IMG/VR virus record: IMGVR_UViG_3300008255_000273
Coordinates: 1-35,777 of that record
Source: a virus
Lineage: Duplodnaviria; Caudoviricetes
Reading direction: 5' to 3' (one strand)
DNA length: 35,777 bases
Shown here piece by piece: positions 26,520-34,422 of this stretch; the stretch's first letter is position 1; the number at the start of each line of letters is the position of its first letter. The position numbers and the translations under genes were made by a program. The notes beneath the pieces are model-generated. The model saw only the letters and a list, made by a program, of their open reading frames with translations, did not search any database and was not told the origin of the DNA.

Positions 26520-26720
26520 AAGAATATATTTAAAAATGAGTAATAATAGATTTTTATCTCCCTGAATTAGATTCTTATTTGGAAGTAAAAGGATATTGAA
26601 AAAAAGATGTTTATTTGTTTGTAATGAGGTATAAAAACAAATAGAACCAAAAAATTTAATAATAGATGATAGTAAAAACATTAATAATATAAATTTAAAC
26701 CAAATCAAAGAGGTAGTAGT
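26520..26720 (+). pseudogene. Remnant of a PD-(D/E)XK endonuclease
   Basis: 26540-26596 reads VIIDFYLPELDSYLEVKGY, flanked by in-frame stops. Confidence 0.55.
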
Positions 26721-27206
26721 ATGATAGATATATGGTCAGTTTGGAATATGTTACACGCAAAAAATTCAAACTATCTTTTAAACTTTGAAGATGGTTGGTT
26801 ATTTCCTTATATTAGTCGACTTAGGGGTCGGGAGAAGCACCTCCGTTATATTAATTCTGTGAATAGAATGGTTTTTGGGTGTCCCCCAAAATTACTGCAC
26901 TCAATACTATTCTATTCGATTGACCCTGACCCCTGGGTCTCTTCTCCCAAAGCTACCAAGTTTGATGAGAAAAAACTAGAGGTTGTAAAACCTTATATTA
27001 AAAGTCTTTTTGATTGGAGTGAGAGGGATTTCAATGAACACAAAAAACTTATTGACAATTTTCTTAAAGATGAAAATTTTTTAAAAAAATTAAATGAACA
27101 CGTTAGTTTAGAAAAAAAGGAGGCGAAAGAACTTGGACTTGAATTTGTTAAATATAAACCAAAACCAAAACCAAAAGAAAGTAGTATCAGTCTCACTAGC
27201 TTCTAA
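26721..27206 (+). CDS. Putative second clamp-loader subunit (gp62/RFC-L C-terminal analogue)
   Basis: Synteny after RFC; helical; K/P-rich tail ending in PIP-like SISLTSF. Confidence 0.45.
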   Translation: MIDIWSVWNMLHAKNSNYLLNFEDGWLFPYISRLRGREKHLRYINSVNRMVFGCPPKLLHSILFYSIDPDPWVSSPKATKFDEKKLEVVKPYIKSLFDWSERDFNEHKKLIDNFLKDENFLKKLNEHVSLEKKEAKELGLEFVKYKPKPKPKESSISLTSF

Positions 27207-27357
27207 GTGTAAATGTTGTGGAAGACCTTTAAAAGCACACAGCAGTCAAGTTTTAGGTTTTGGACTAACTTGTGCAATTAAAGAAGGTTTAATTAAACCT
27301 AAAGTTAAACCTCACAAAGAAGACCATAGTATTGACTTATATACTCTAGTACAATAA
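27133..27357 (+). CDS. DUF6011-like Zn-finger protein
   Basis: CKCCGRPL...SQVLGFGLTCA; start uncertain. Confidence 0.6.
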   Translation: MDLNLLNINQNQNQKKVVSVSLASKCKCCGRPLKAHSSQVLGFGLTCAIKEGLIKPKVKPHKEDHSIDLYTLVQ

Positions 27358-27389
27358 TCTTTATATACTAGTAGTGTTTAATAAAGTGT

Positions 27390-27572
27390 ATGGTAAAAGA
27401 AATTAAACTACGGTGTAATAAAGAAGAATTTCTTGCGTATGAAGAAGTTCGGTTGTCTGGAGTAACAAATATGTTTGCTATTAAAACAGTAGAACGTTTA
27501 ACTGGTTTGGATCAATTAAAGATTTCAAATATTATGACTTACTACGGATTATATGCAGAAAAATATTTGTAA
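27390..27572 (+). CDS. DUF5049-like small protein
   Basis: EVRLSGVTNMF pattern; leaderless after the TATA at 27360. Confidence 0.6.
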   Translation: MVKEIKLRCNKEEFLAYEEVRLSGVTNMFAIKTVERLTGLDQLKISNIMTYYGLYAEKYL

Positions 27573-27614
27573 ATAAATAGATTTATATAGTACAACTTTT
27601 TAATTTATATTAAA

Positions 27615-27668
27615 TAGTTGATAGGAGCTCACAACCCTTAACCAACTAAAATAAAAAAATTGTGAGGT
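27615..27668 (+). promoter_or_regulatory. Candidate riboswitch-like H-type pseudoknot in the queD 5' UTR
   Basis: P1 TAGTTG(27615-20)/CAACTA(27643-48); linker AAATAAAAAAA; P2 CTCACAA(27628-34)/TTGTGAG(27660-66), overlapping the GAGGT RBS; TATA at 27582. Confidence 0.55.
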
Positions 27669-27676
27669 ATTACAAA

Positions 27677-28171
27677 GTGTTAATAACAAAAAGAATTGGA
27701 ATAGACATGGGCCACCGGGTGCCTAACCATCAAAGCAAGTGTCGTCATTTTCACGGACACAGATATTCTATTGAAGTGGGAGTTGATGACAAAATTATTT
27801 CTACACCAGGAACGCCTGACGAAGGTATGGTGATTGATTTTGGTGACCTAAAACAAATTATGATGGAAGAAATAGATGCTAAATTTGACCATGGATTCTG
27901 TATGTGGAAAAATGATATGTATGCACCAGTTTTTCAAGAACTAAAAGATGGTTATAACTTTGAGTTTCAAGATGGGAGAGAGTGGAGAACCGAAGTTACA
28001 GATAAACCTTTTCAAAAAATTATCTTTGTTGATTTTATTCCAACTGCAGAAAACTTAGCTAAACATTGGTATGAACTAATTAAACCTAAGTTAGCAGAAA
28101 GAAAAATTAAAATTAAACATGTAAAGGTGTGGGAAACTCCAACAAGTACAGCAAAGTATGAGGAAGAATAA
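27677..28171 (+). CDS. queD: 6-carboxy-5,6,7,8-tetrahydropterin synthase
   Basis: GHRV..H.SKCRHFHGHRY, IDFGDLK, PTAENLA, VWETP. GTG 27677 follows GAGGT. Confidence 0.92.
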   Translation: MLITKRIGIDMGHRVPNHQSKCRHFHGHRYSIEVGVDDKIISTPGTPDEGMVIDFGDLKQIMMEEIDAKFDHGFCMWKNDMYAPVFQELKDGYNFEFQDGREWRTEVTDKPFQKIIFVDFIPTAENLAKHWYELIKPKLAERKIKIKHVKVWETPTSTAKYEEE

Positions 28172-28172
28172 A

Positions 28173-28919
28173 ATGGAAAAGCTAAATGTAAGTGAAACTT
28201 TTTATTCTCTACAAGGAGAGGGGGAGTATTGTGGATATCCAGCAGTGTTTTTTAGATTACAGAACTGCAATTTATTCTGTGGAATGCCTAAAGGTGATTT
28301 AACAAAACCATGTGATGGTTGTAAATGGGTTTGTGATACTATTGCTGTTTGGCAGAAAGGGAACTCAAAAACTTTTGATGAAATATTAGACGAGTGGGAC
28401 TCTTCCGGAATTACAAAAAATTTAGAAGACGGTGCTCACTTAGTAATTACTGGTGGAGAGCCTTTACTACAGCAAGATGCTATTGTTATTTTTATTATGT
28501 ACTTTATAGAGTTCAAAGGGTTTGTTCCTTTTATTGAAGTTGAAACAAACGGAACTATTAAACCAAGTGATGAAATGTTCACTCTTGTTGATAGATTTAA
28601 TGTGTCTGCAAAACTCTCTAATAGTGGTAACCCAAAACCAATGCGTTACAAAGAAGACGCCTTAGAATGGCATACAAATAATAACACCAGCATATTTAAG
28701 TTTGTAACTTTAGACGAAGAGGATACTGACGAAATTTTTGAAGATTTTATTAATAAGTTCAGTATCCCTAAAGATAAAATCTGGTTAATGCCAGGAGCTT
28801 ACGACCGAGAAATGCTTTGGAAGAACGGGCAGACAATTGCTGAACTTTGTAAAAAGTATGGTTTCAAAATGACAAGCAGAATGCACGTTGAGATTTGGGA
28901 CAAATTGACGGGAGTTTAG
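28173..28919 (+). CDS. queE: 7-carboxy-7-deazaguanine synthase (radical SAM)
   Basis: ETFYSLQGEG, RLQNCNLFC...WVCDT, ITGGEPLLQ, VETNG, SAKL, RMH. Confidence 0.95.
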   Translation: MEKLNVSETFYSLQGEGEYCGYPAVFFRLQNCNLFCGMPKGDLTKPCDGCKWVCDTIAVWQKGNSKTFDEILDEWDSSGITKNLEDGAHLVITGGEPLLQQDAIVIFIMYFIEFKGFVPFIEVETNGTIKPSDEMFTLVDRFNVSAKLSNSGNPKPMRYKEDALEWHTNNNTSIFKFVTLDEEDTDEIFEDFINKFSIPKDKIWLMPGAYDREMLWKNGQTIAELCKKYGFKMTSRMHVEIWDKLTGV

Positions 28920-28924
28920 AGAAA

Positions 28925-29374
28925 ATGGATTTCATAATAGGAACAAAAACCGACAGCATTAGTTCTGTTCAGGCAGAGAACGGTCAGAATAAAAAATTTA
29001 TTTCCTGGATAGAGTTTGAACAATATATGGAGGAGTTAGCAACAACTCTAATTAAAAAAACTAACATAGATTACTATAAAAATATCTACGGTTTACCTAG
29101 AGGAGGCTTAATTGTAGCAGTTTGGCTAAGTCACAGATTAAATAAACCTCTTATTTTAAGTGAATCTGATATCGAGAAAGATACTCTAATTGTTGATGAT
29201 ATTGCTGATAGTGGAGAAACCATGTTTGCATTATTAACTAGAGTTAAAAAAGTAACAAGACCAACGATAGTGTGTATTGTTCATAAAGAACACACTTCTT
29301 TTATTAAACCTGAGTTTGCAGCAATTACTACAAGGTCAGATGATTGGATTGTATTCCCATGGGAGGTAAAATAA
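28925..29374 (+). CDS. Type I purine phosphoribosyltransferase (Gpt-like)
   Basis: GLPRGG, PRPP loop LIVDDIADSGET, WIVFPWE. Confidence 0.9.
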   Translation: MDFIIGTKTDSISSVQAENGQNKKFISWIEFEQYMEELATTLIKKTNIDYYKNIYGLPRGGLIVAVWLSHRLNKPLILSESDIEKDTLIVDDIADSGETMFALLTRVKKVTRPTIVCIVHKEHTSFIKPEFAAITTRSDDWIVFPWEVK

Positions 29375-29375
29375 A

Positions 29376-30044
29376 ATGAGTTTAGACATAACAAAAGTAG
29401 ATGGAATTACAGGTTATAAGGTTAATCAGTATTTATTAAAGAAAGGAGTGGAAACTCCTAAGTCTGGTTTAAGATTTAGTAAGAAGGAACAAATTGAAGT
29501 GATTAAAAATAATTTCACCCAAATAATGCAGGTTATGGGTTTAGATTTAACAGATGACAGTCTAATTGAAACTCCCAAACGTGTTGCAAAAATGTTTGTC
29601 AATGAAATCTTTTGGGGTTTAGACTATCAAAACTTTCCTAAGATTACAGTTGTAGATAACAAAATGAAATATGACGAGATGGTTTTTGAAAAGAACATTA
29701 ATGTCATGAGTGATTGTGAGCACCATTTTAGAACAATTTTTGGAAAGGCCCACGTAGCTTATATTCCAAATAAAAAAGTTCTAGGACTAAGCAAACTAAA
29801 TCGTATAGTAGAGTTTTTTTCAAGAAGACCTCAAATTCAAGAACGACTAACTGAACAAATATTTTATACTCTTGAATATTTATTAGGAACTAAAAATATT
29901 GCTGTAGTTATTGAAGCAGAGCATATGTGTGTAAAGCAAAGGGGAGTTGAGGATGTTGGAAGTTCTACAGTAACCAGTAAATTAGGAGGCTCTTTCAAGA
30001 AACGTCCTGAGCTTCGTGCTGAATTTATGGGGTTAACAAAATGA
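29376..30044 (+). CDS. folE: GTP cyclohydrolase I
   Basis: ETPKRVAKM, CEHH, GLSKLNRIV, QIQERLT, HMCVKQRG. Confidence 0.97.
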   Translation: MSLDITKVDGITGYKVNQYLLKKGVETPKSGLRFSKKEQIEVIKNNFTQIMQVMGLDLTDDSLIETPKRVAKMFVNEIFWGLDYQNFPKITVVDNKMKYDEMVFEKNINVMSDCEHHFRTIFGKAHVAYIPNKKVLGLSKLNRIVEFFSRRPQIQERLTEQIFYTLEYLLGTKNIAVVIEAEHMCVKQRGVEDVGSSTVTSKLGGSFKKRPELRAEFMGLTK

Positions 30045-30724
30045 AACCAGTAAGAACAAATATTCATGGACTAGACGTAATTATGAGACACGATTATATT
30101 GGAGAAATGAATAACTTACAGAAATATATAAAATTTTCTGTAGAATTTATTGATAATTTTATTAAAAAAAATAAACATGATATTAAAAGTGTTTTATGTG
30201 TAGGTTGTGGAGATGGGTATGAAGTAAAATTATTTAAAGACTTAGGGTATATCTGTGTAGGTATAGATGCTTTTCCTGTCGAGGACTACGGTTTAGTTCA
30301 TGGAATAGATATATTCAAAGCCAGTTTTAGTAACTTTAGTGACTTGACAGGAAAAAACTCTTGGGATTTAGTTTTTGTTAACCACTCTCATGAACACACT
30401 CCTAACGCTTATGGACTAACTCACGAGATATCAAAAGTATTAAAGAAAGGTGGATTAGTATTTGACGACGTTCCTTATGCTAACGACGATTGGGGTTGGA
30501 GTATTTCTCATTCAACCACTCATTTTAGTCTATTTACTCCTCCCTTCATGCGAACAATGTTTGAGAGATATGGTTTTGAAACTAAATATATAGACCTACA
30601 TGAAATGATACCAGTAAGAAACCCTAGATGTAGAGAGATTATTTATATTGGACAGTACACTGGAGAAGTTCCAGAAGAGTACAAAGGTTTTATTGGAACA
30701 ATGGAGGGATATAACAATGAATAA
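30041..30724 (+). CDS. Class I SAM-dependent methyltransferase
   Basis: VLCVGCGDG, GIDA, WDLVFVNHSHEH, LKKGG; start and stop overlap folE and queC. Confidence 0.85.
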   Translation: MKPVRTNIHGLDVIMRHDYIGEMNNLQKYIKFSVEFIDNFIKKNKHDIKSVLCVGCGDGYEVKLFKDLGYICVGIDAFPVEDYGLVHGIDIFKASFSNFSDLTGKNSWDLVFVNHSHEHTPNAYGLTHEISKVLKKGGLVFDDVPYANDDWGWSISHSTTHFSLFTPPFMRTMFERYGFETKYIDLHEMIPVRNPRCREIIYIGQYTGEVPEEYKGFIGTMEGYNNE

Positions 30725-31508
30725 ACACAAATCAATGGAAAAGAGATTAGTTATTATGTTAAGCGGAGGACTAGACTCTAGTGTAGCTTATCATTACGCT
30801 TTAAATAAAGGATTTAATAAAGACGAAATTGTTTGTATTTGGTTTGATTTAAACCAGCCATATAATACTAAAGAAAAAGAAAGTTTAGATAAAATTGGAA
30901 TTCCTTACGAAACAATTAAACTAGATTTGATTCAAGAGAAATTTAACAATATTCCTACCAAAGACCACCCTAATCAAATTATTCCTGGGCGTAATTTAAT
31001 CATGGCTACAATTGCTGCAAGTTTCGGAGAACGAATTTGGATGATGGCGTTAGACGGAGAGACACACATGAACACGATAGAGCGCGATAAATCAACTAAG
31101 TTCTTTCAAGACACTACTAACTTGCTTACATATATCTTCAACGTGAAGCGAGATATAACTGTTCTGGAGAGTCCTTTTATGAACATGAGTAAAACAGACA
31201 TTGTTAAGTGGGCTATTGACCATGGAGTATCCGAAGAATTTTTAAAGAATACTTCTACCTGCTATGACGAGAGTTTACACAACTGTGGAGAATGTGGAAC
31301 TTGTTTTAAACGTTGGATTTCATTCAAGAACAATGGAGTGGAGGAAGAGTACACAAAAAATCCGTGGGAATCAGACGATGCTAAAAAACTTATTGCTAAC
31401 TATAAAGAAGCATTTATAAACAATGACTTCTCACATTATACAAAGAAGAGAATCGAGGAAACTTTTGAAGCTCTTAAAAAACAAGGTGTAATGAATGACA
31501 ATAATTAA
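30717..31508 (+). CDS. queC: QueC-family ATP pyrophosphatase (atypical 7-cyano-7-deazaguanine synthase)
   Basis: PP-loop SGGLDS, IPGRN, SPF...SKTDIV, TCY....CGECGTCFKR; YPDCR replaced by ERDKS. ATG 30717 follows GGAGGG. Confidence 0.85.
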   Translation: MNKHKSMEKRLVIMLSGGLDSSVAYHYALNKGFNKDEIVCIWFDLNQPYNTKEKESLDKIGIPYETIKLDLIQEKFNNIPTKDHPNQIIPGRNLIMATIAASFGERIWMMALDGETHMNTIERDKSTKFFQDTTNLLTYIFNVKRDITVLESPFMNMSKTDIVKWAIDHGVSEEFLKNTSTCYDESLHNCGECGTCFKRWISFKNNGVEEEYTKNPWESDDAKKLIANYKEAFINNDFSHYTKKRIEETFEALKKQGVMNDNN

Positions 31509-32529
31509 ATATGCTTCGGCAGGTTGTGAATCCAGATATTTACAACCTAATTTAAATTTTGGTGCTTTCCTATCTAAGTGTGTCTTAATTAATGCTACTG
31601 CGTTAAACAATAAAAGAGATAGTCCTTTACTTAGTAAAATCAACGAAATGAAAAAAAATGGGTTTATTATTCTTGTTGATAGTGGTGGATTTCAATTAGC
31701 TACAGGAGCGTGTAAAGATTTAAATGTAGGGGAAATTATAGAAATTCAAAATTTGTATGGAGATATAGGTATGATGTTAGATGTTCCTCCTATCAAGGGA
31801 GAACTTAACTGGAAATACTTTAGTGAGTGTTTAGAGGAAACTAGAATAAATTTACACAAAGCTAAAAATTATAAAAAGAATTTTAAATATTACTTCGTGC
31901 TTCAAGGTGAAACTTTTGAAACATTAGATACTTGGTATAATGAACTTAACCATATAGATACTTTTGATGGGGTTTCGTTAAAAGGGTTAACTTTAGAAAA
32001 AATGTTGCTTGCAGCAATGTACGCTATTGATAAAACAGATTATAAAAATTTTCACTTCTTAGGAGTAAGTTCAACTAATAGACAGATTTTAATTGATTAT
32101 TTGTTTAAAGGAATGGACGACAGCTATTTTGTGACTTATGATTCAACGACTCCTGTGATGTTAGGTAAGAGTAAAATGATGAAGTTTCCTTTCTCAGACG
32201 TGACATTATCTTTTTCAAAAGTAAAAAATTTCGATGATTTTAAAGATGTTCTTCAAGTTGAAAATGATTTTAACTCAATTATCTCCCTTAATGTATTAAA
32301 TATTAATTTACAGCAATTGTTTATTAAAAATATGGTTCATGACCGAAAGTTATTAGAGGATGCATTTTCAAAATATAAACTAAAACCTTACTTTGATATA
32401 ATAGATTATTTTTTAGCTAATGGAAGAGATATGAAGAAAACTATAATAAAGTATAGTTCCTATTTTGAAGATAAGATTCCTTCTGGAAACACTGGAGTCA
32501 AACAAGCATCACTGTTAGGGGAGTTTTAA
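31495..32529 (+). CDS. dpdA: TGT-superfamily guanine transglycosylase, DpdA-like
   Basis: VDSGGFQ, MLDVPP, VLQG, FHFLG, YDST; no C-terminal Cys Zn site. Context points to a DNA substrate. Confidence 0.75.
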   Translation: MTIIKYASAGCESRYLQPNLNFGAFLSKCVLINATALNNKRDSPLLSKINEMKKNGFIILVDSGGFQLATGACKDLNVGEIIEIQNLYGDIGMMLDVPPIKGELNWKYFSECLEETRINLHKAKNYKKNFKYYFVLQGETFETLDTWYNELNHIDTFDGVSLKGLTLEKMLLAAMYAIDKTDYKNFHFLGVSSTNRQILIDYLFKGMDDSYFVTYDSTTPVMLGKSKMMKFPFSDVTLSFSKVKNFDDFKDVLQVENDFNSIISLNVLNINLQQLFIKNMVHDRKLLEDAFSKYKLKPYFDIIDYFLANGRDMKKTIIKYSSYFEDKIPSGNTGVKQASLLGEF

Positions 32530-34422
32530 ATGGAACCTCTAGAAAGAATAAAATCAATAAAAAAGATAGCAATCCAAGACGAAGATACATTAAATTGTTT
32601 TATTTCTGAACTTCGCTCCTCTGAATATGTAGCGACAGATACTGAGACAAGTGGTCTTGAATACGTTGGAATGGTTATGGCTGGTTGTTCCTTTTACATG
32701 GGTGGAGATATTGCTTTTTACTTTCCTGTGAAACATAATACTGGAGAAAAACAACTCCCCTTAGATTTATGTATTAAAACTTTAAAGGAGGAGTTGAAAG
32801 ATAAAAAACTAATTCTCCATAACTTTGTTTTTGATGCTATAGTTTATAGAAAGAATAACTTTGATATCACTAACCATAAATATTTTGATACTATGGTAGC
32901 GGCTCATTTGATAGATAATAGACAGTCTAAAAAATTGAAGGAACTGGCAAAAAGTTATTTTGGGTATGAACAAACCACTTTCGACATGATAGCTAAACTT
33001 GTAGACCACGATTCGACAGAAGTTCGTATTGATATTATGACTCCTTACGCTTGTGATGATGCTATTGTAACTTATATGCTTTTTGAGGTATTCAAACTAC
33101 AACTTAAAGAGTGGGAGTTGGAACACTTATTTTATAATATAGAAATGCCATGGTTGCCTGCTTTAATGAGTGTTACAGAAAATGGAGTCAAGTTTGATAT
33201 GGATAAATTAATGTCATATGTTAAACCTATTAATGAGGAAATGGAACATTATAGACGAGAGATATTCAAGTTTAACAAAAGTGAACAAATGACTTTATTA
33301 GGTGGAACGGATAATAGTTTTAATATAGACAGTAATACTGAGCTAGCTTTATTTCTTTACAAACGTTTAAAGCTTCCTATACTTTCAAGAACAAAAGATG
33401 GAGCGGCTCAAACAAATTATGATACTCTTATACAACTTAAAGACCAACACGTTGTAATCGAACATATCCTATGTTATAAGAAACTTGCAAAGTTAAGGAA
33501 TTCCTATGTTAAAAGTTTTCCTAAAAGAATTAGTAAAGACGGATATTGGCATTTAAGTTACAACAACACAGTAACAAAAACAGGACGACTTTCCGGGGAT
33601 AGTCAGCAGTTGCCTAACGTTGACAAGCTTAGTGGTTGGGATAAAGAGGTTACTTTAAGGTATAATATTAGAGACTGTTTAACTGTCGAAGATGATGAGA
33701 CCATGATTGCTGTGGATTATAAAGCACAAGAATTAAGAGTTGCCGCATTCGTAGGAAATGATAAAGGTCTTAAAGAAGTTTTTGAGAAGAAACAAGACAT
33801 GCACTTAAAGACAGCTAACTCCTCTTATGAATTAGGTTTAACAGAGGAACAGATTAAAGACGGTTCAGAAGAACATAAAAAAGCAAAGGAAGAATATTAT
33901 GGTCAAAGAGACAAGGGAAAAACCACAAACTTTCAAACACTATATGGTTGCAGTCCTTGGGGGTTATCTGAAACTTTAAAAGTTTCTGAGGACGAGGCAA
34001 AAAAGTTAATTGAAGGTTTCCGAAAAGCTTATGCAGGAATTATTACTGAACAGAAAAAAACTTTCGAGTTTGCTTTAAAAAATGGATATGCTAGAACACT
34101 ATTTGGACGTATTGAAAGGTTTGACAAACCTAAAAGCAAAAAAGAGGAGGGGGAGTTAGAAAGAGAATCAGGTAACTTAATTATTCAAGGTTTTTGTGCA
34201 GATGTAACTAGAGTTGTAGGAGCCAAAATTTGGCAACGGTTCAGAGATACAGATTTAAAAATTCAGATGTTTGTACACGATGAATTTGTACTCAAATGTA
34301 AAACAGTTAATTTAGATAAATACATTCCAATAATAAAAGAAATTATGGAAAATTCGGTTGTAAGTGACCCAAAACTTTTGGTTGATATAGGAACAGGAAA
34401 AAATTATGGTGAGGCAAAATAA
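32530..34422 (+). CDS. polA: Family A DNA polymerase with 3'-5' exonuclease, no 5' nuclease
   Basis: Exo motifs DTETSG, HN..FD, YACDDA; polymerase motifs TGRLS, DYKAQELRV (A), RDKGKTTNF..LYG (B), VHDE (C). Confidence 0.95.
   Translation: MEPLERIKSIKKIAIQDEDTLNCFISELRSSEYVATDTETSGLEYVGMVMAGCSFYMGGDIAFYFPVKHNTGEKQLPLDLCIKTLKEELKDKKLILHNFVFDAIVYRKNNFDITNHKYFDTMVAAHLIDNRQSKKLKELAKSYFGYEQTTFDMIAKLVDHDSTEVRIDIMTPYACDDAIVTYMLFEVFKLQLKEWELEHLFYNIEMPWLPALMSVTENGVKFDMDKLMSYVKPINEEMEHYRREIFKFNKSEQMTLLGGTDNSFNIDSNTELALFLYKRLKLPILSRTKDGAAQTNYDTLIQLKDQHVVIEHILCYKKLAKLRNSYVKSFPKRISKDGYWHLSYNNTVTKTGRLSGDSQQLPNVDKLSGWDKEVTLRYNIRDCLTVEDDETMIAVDYKAQELRVAAFVGNDKGLKEVFEKKQDMHLKTANSSYELGLTEEQIKDGSEEHKKAKEEYYGQRDKGKTTNFQTLYGCSPWGLSETLKVSEDEAKKLIEGFRKAYAGIITEQKKTFEFALKNGYARTLFGRIERFDKPKSKKEEGELERESGNLIIQGFCADVTRVVGAKIWQRFRDTDLKIQMFVHDEFVLKCKTVNLDKYIPIIKEIMENSVVSDPKLLVDIGTGKNYGEAK

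Noticed and set aside
26537-26599. TGA readthrough or recoded genetic code
   Set aside because: TGA, TAG and TAA all end well-supported genes, and TAA stops also break this fragment; a pseudogene is the simpler explanation.
30717-32529. Type IV CBASS or QatABCD defence system (QueC + TGT)
   Set aside because: No CD-NTase, effector, QatA ATPase or TatD nearby; the context is a full biosynthetic operon beside a polymerase.
6403-34422. Inteins or introns in TerL, RFC, ligase or PolA
   Set aside because: Protein lengths are normal and no intein splice-junction or LAGLIDADG motifs were seen.
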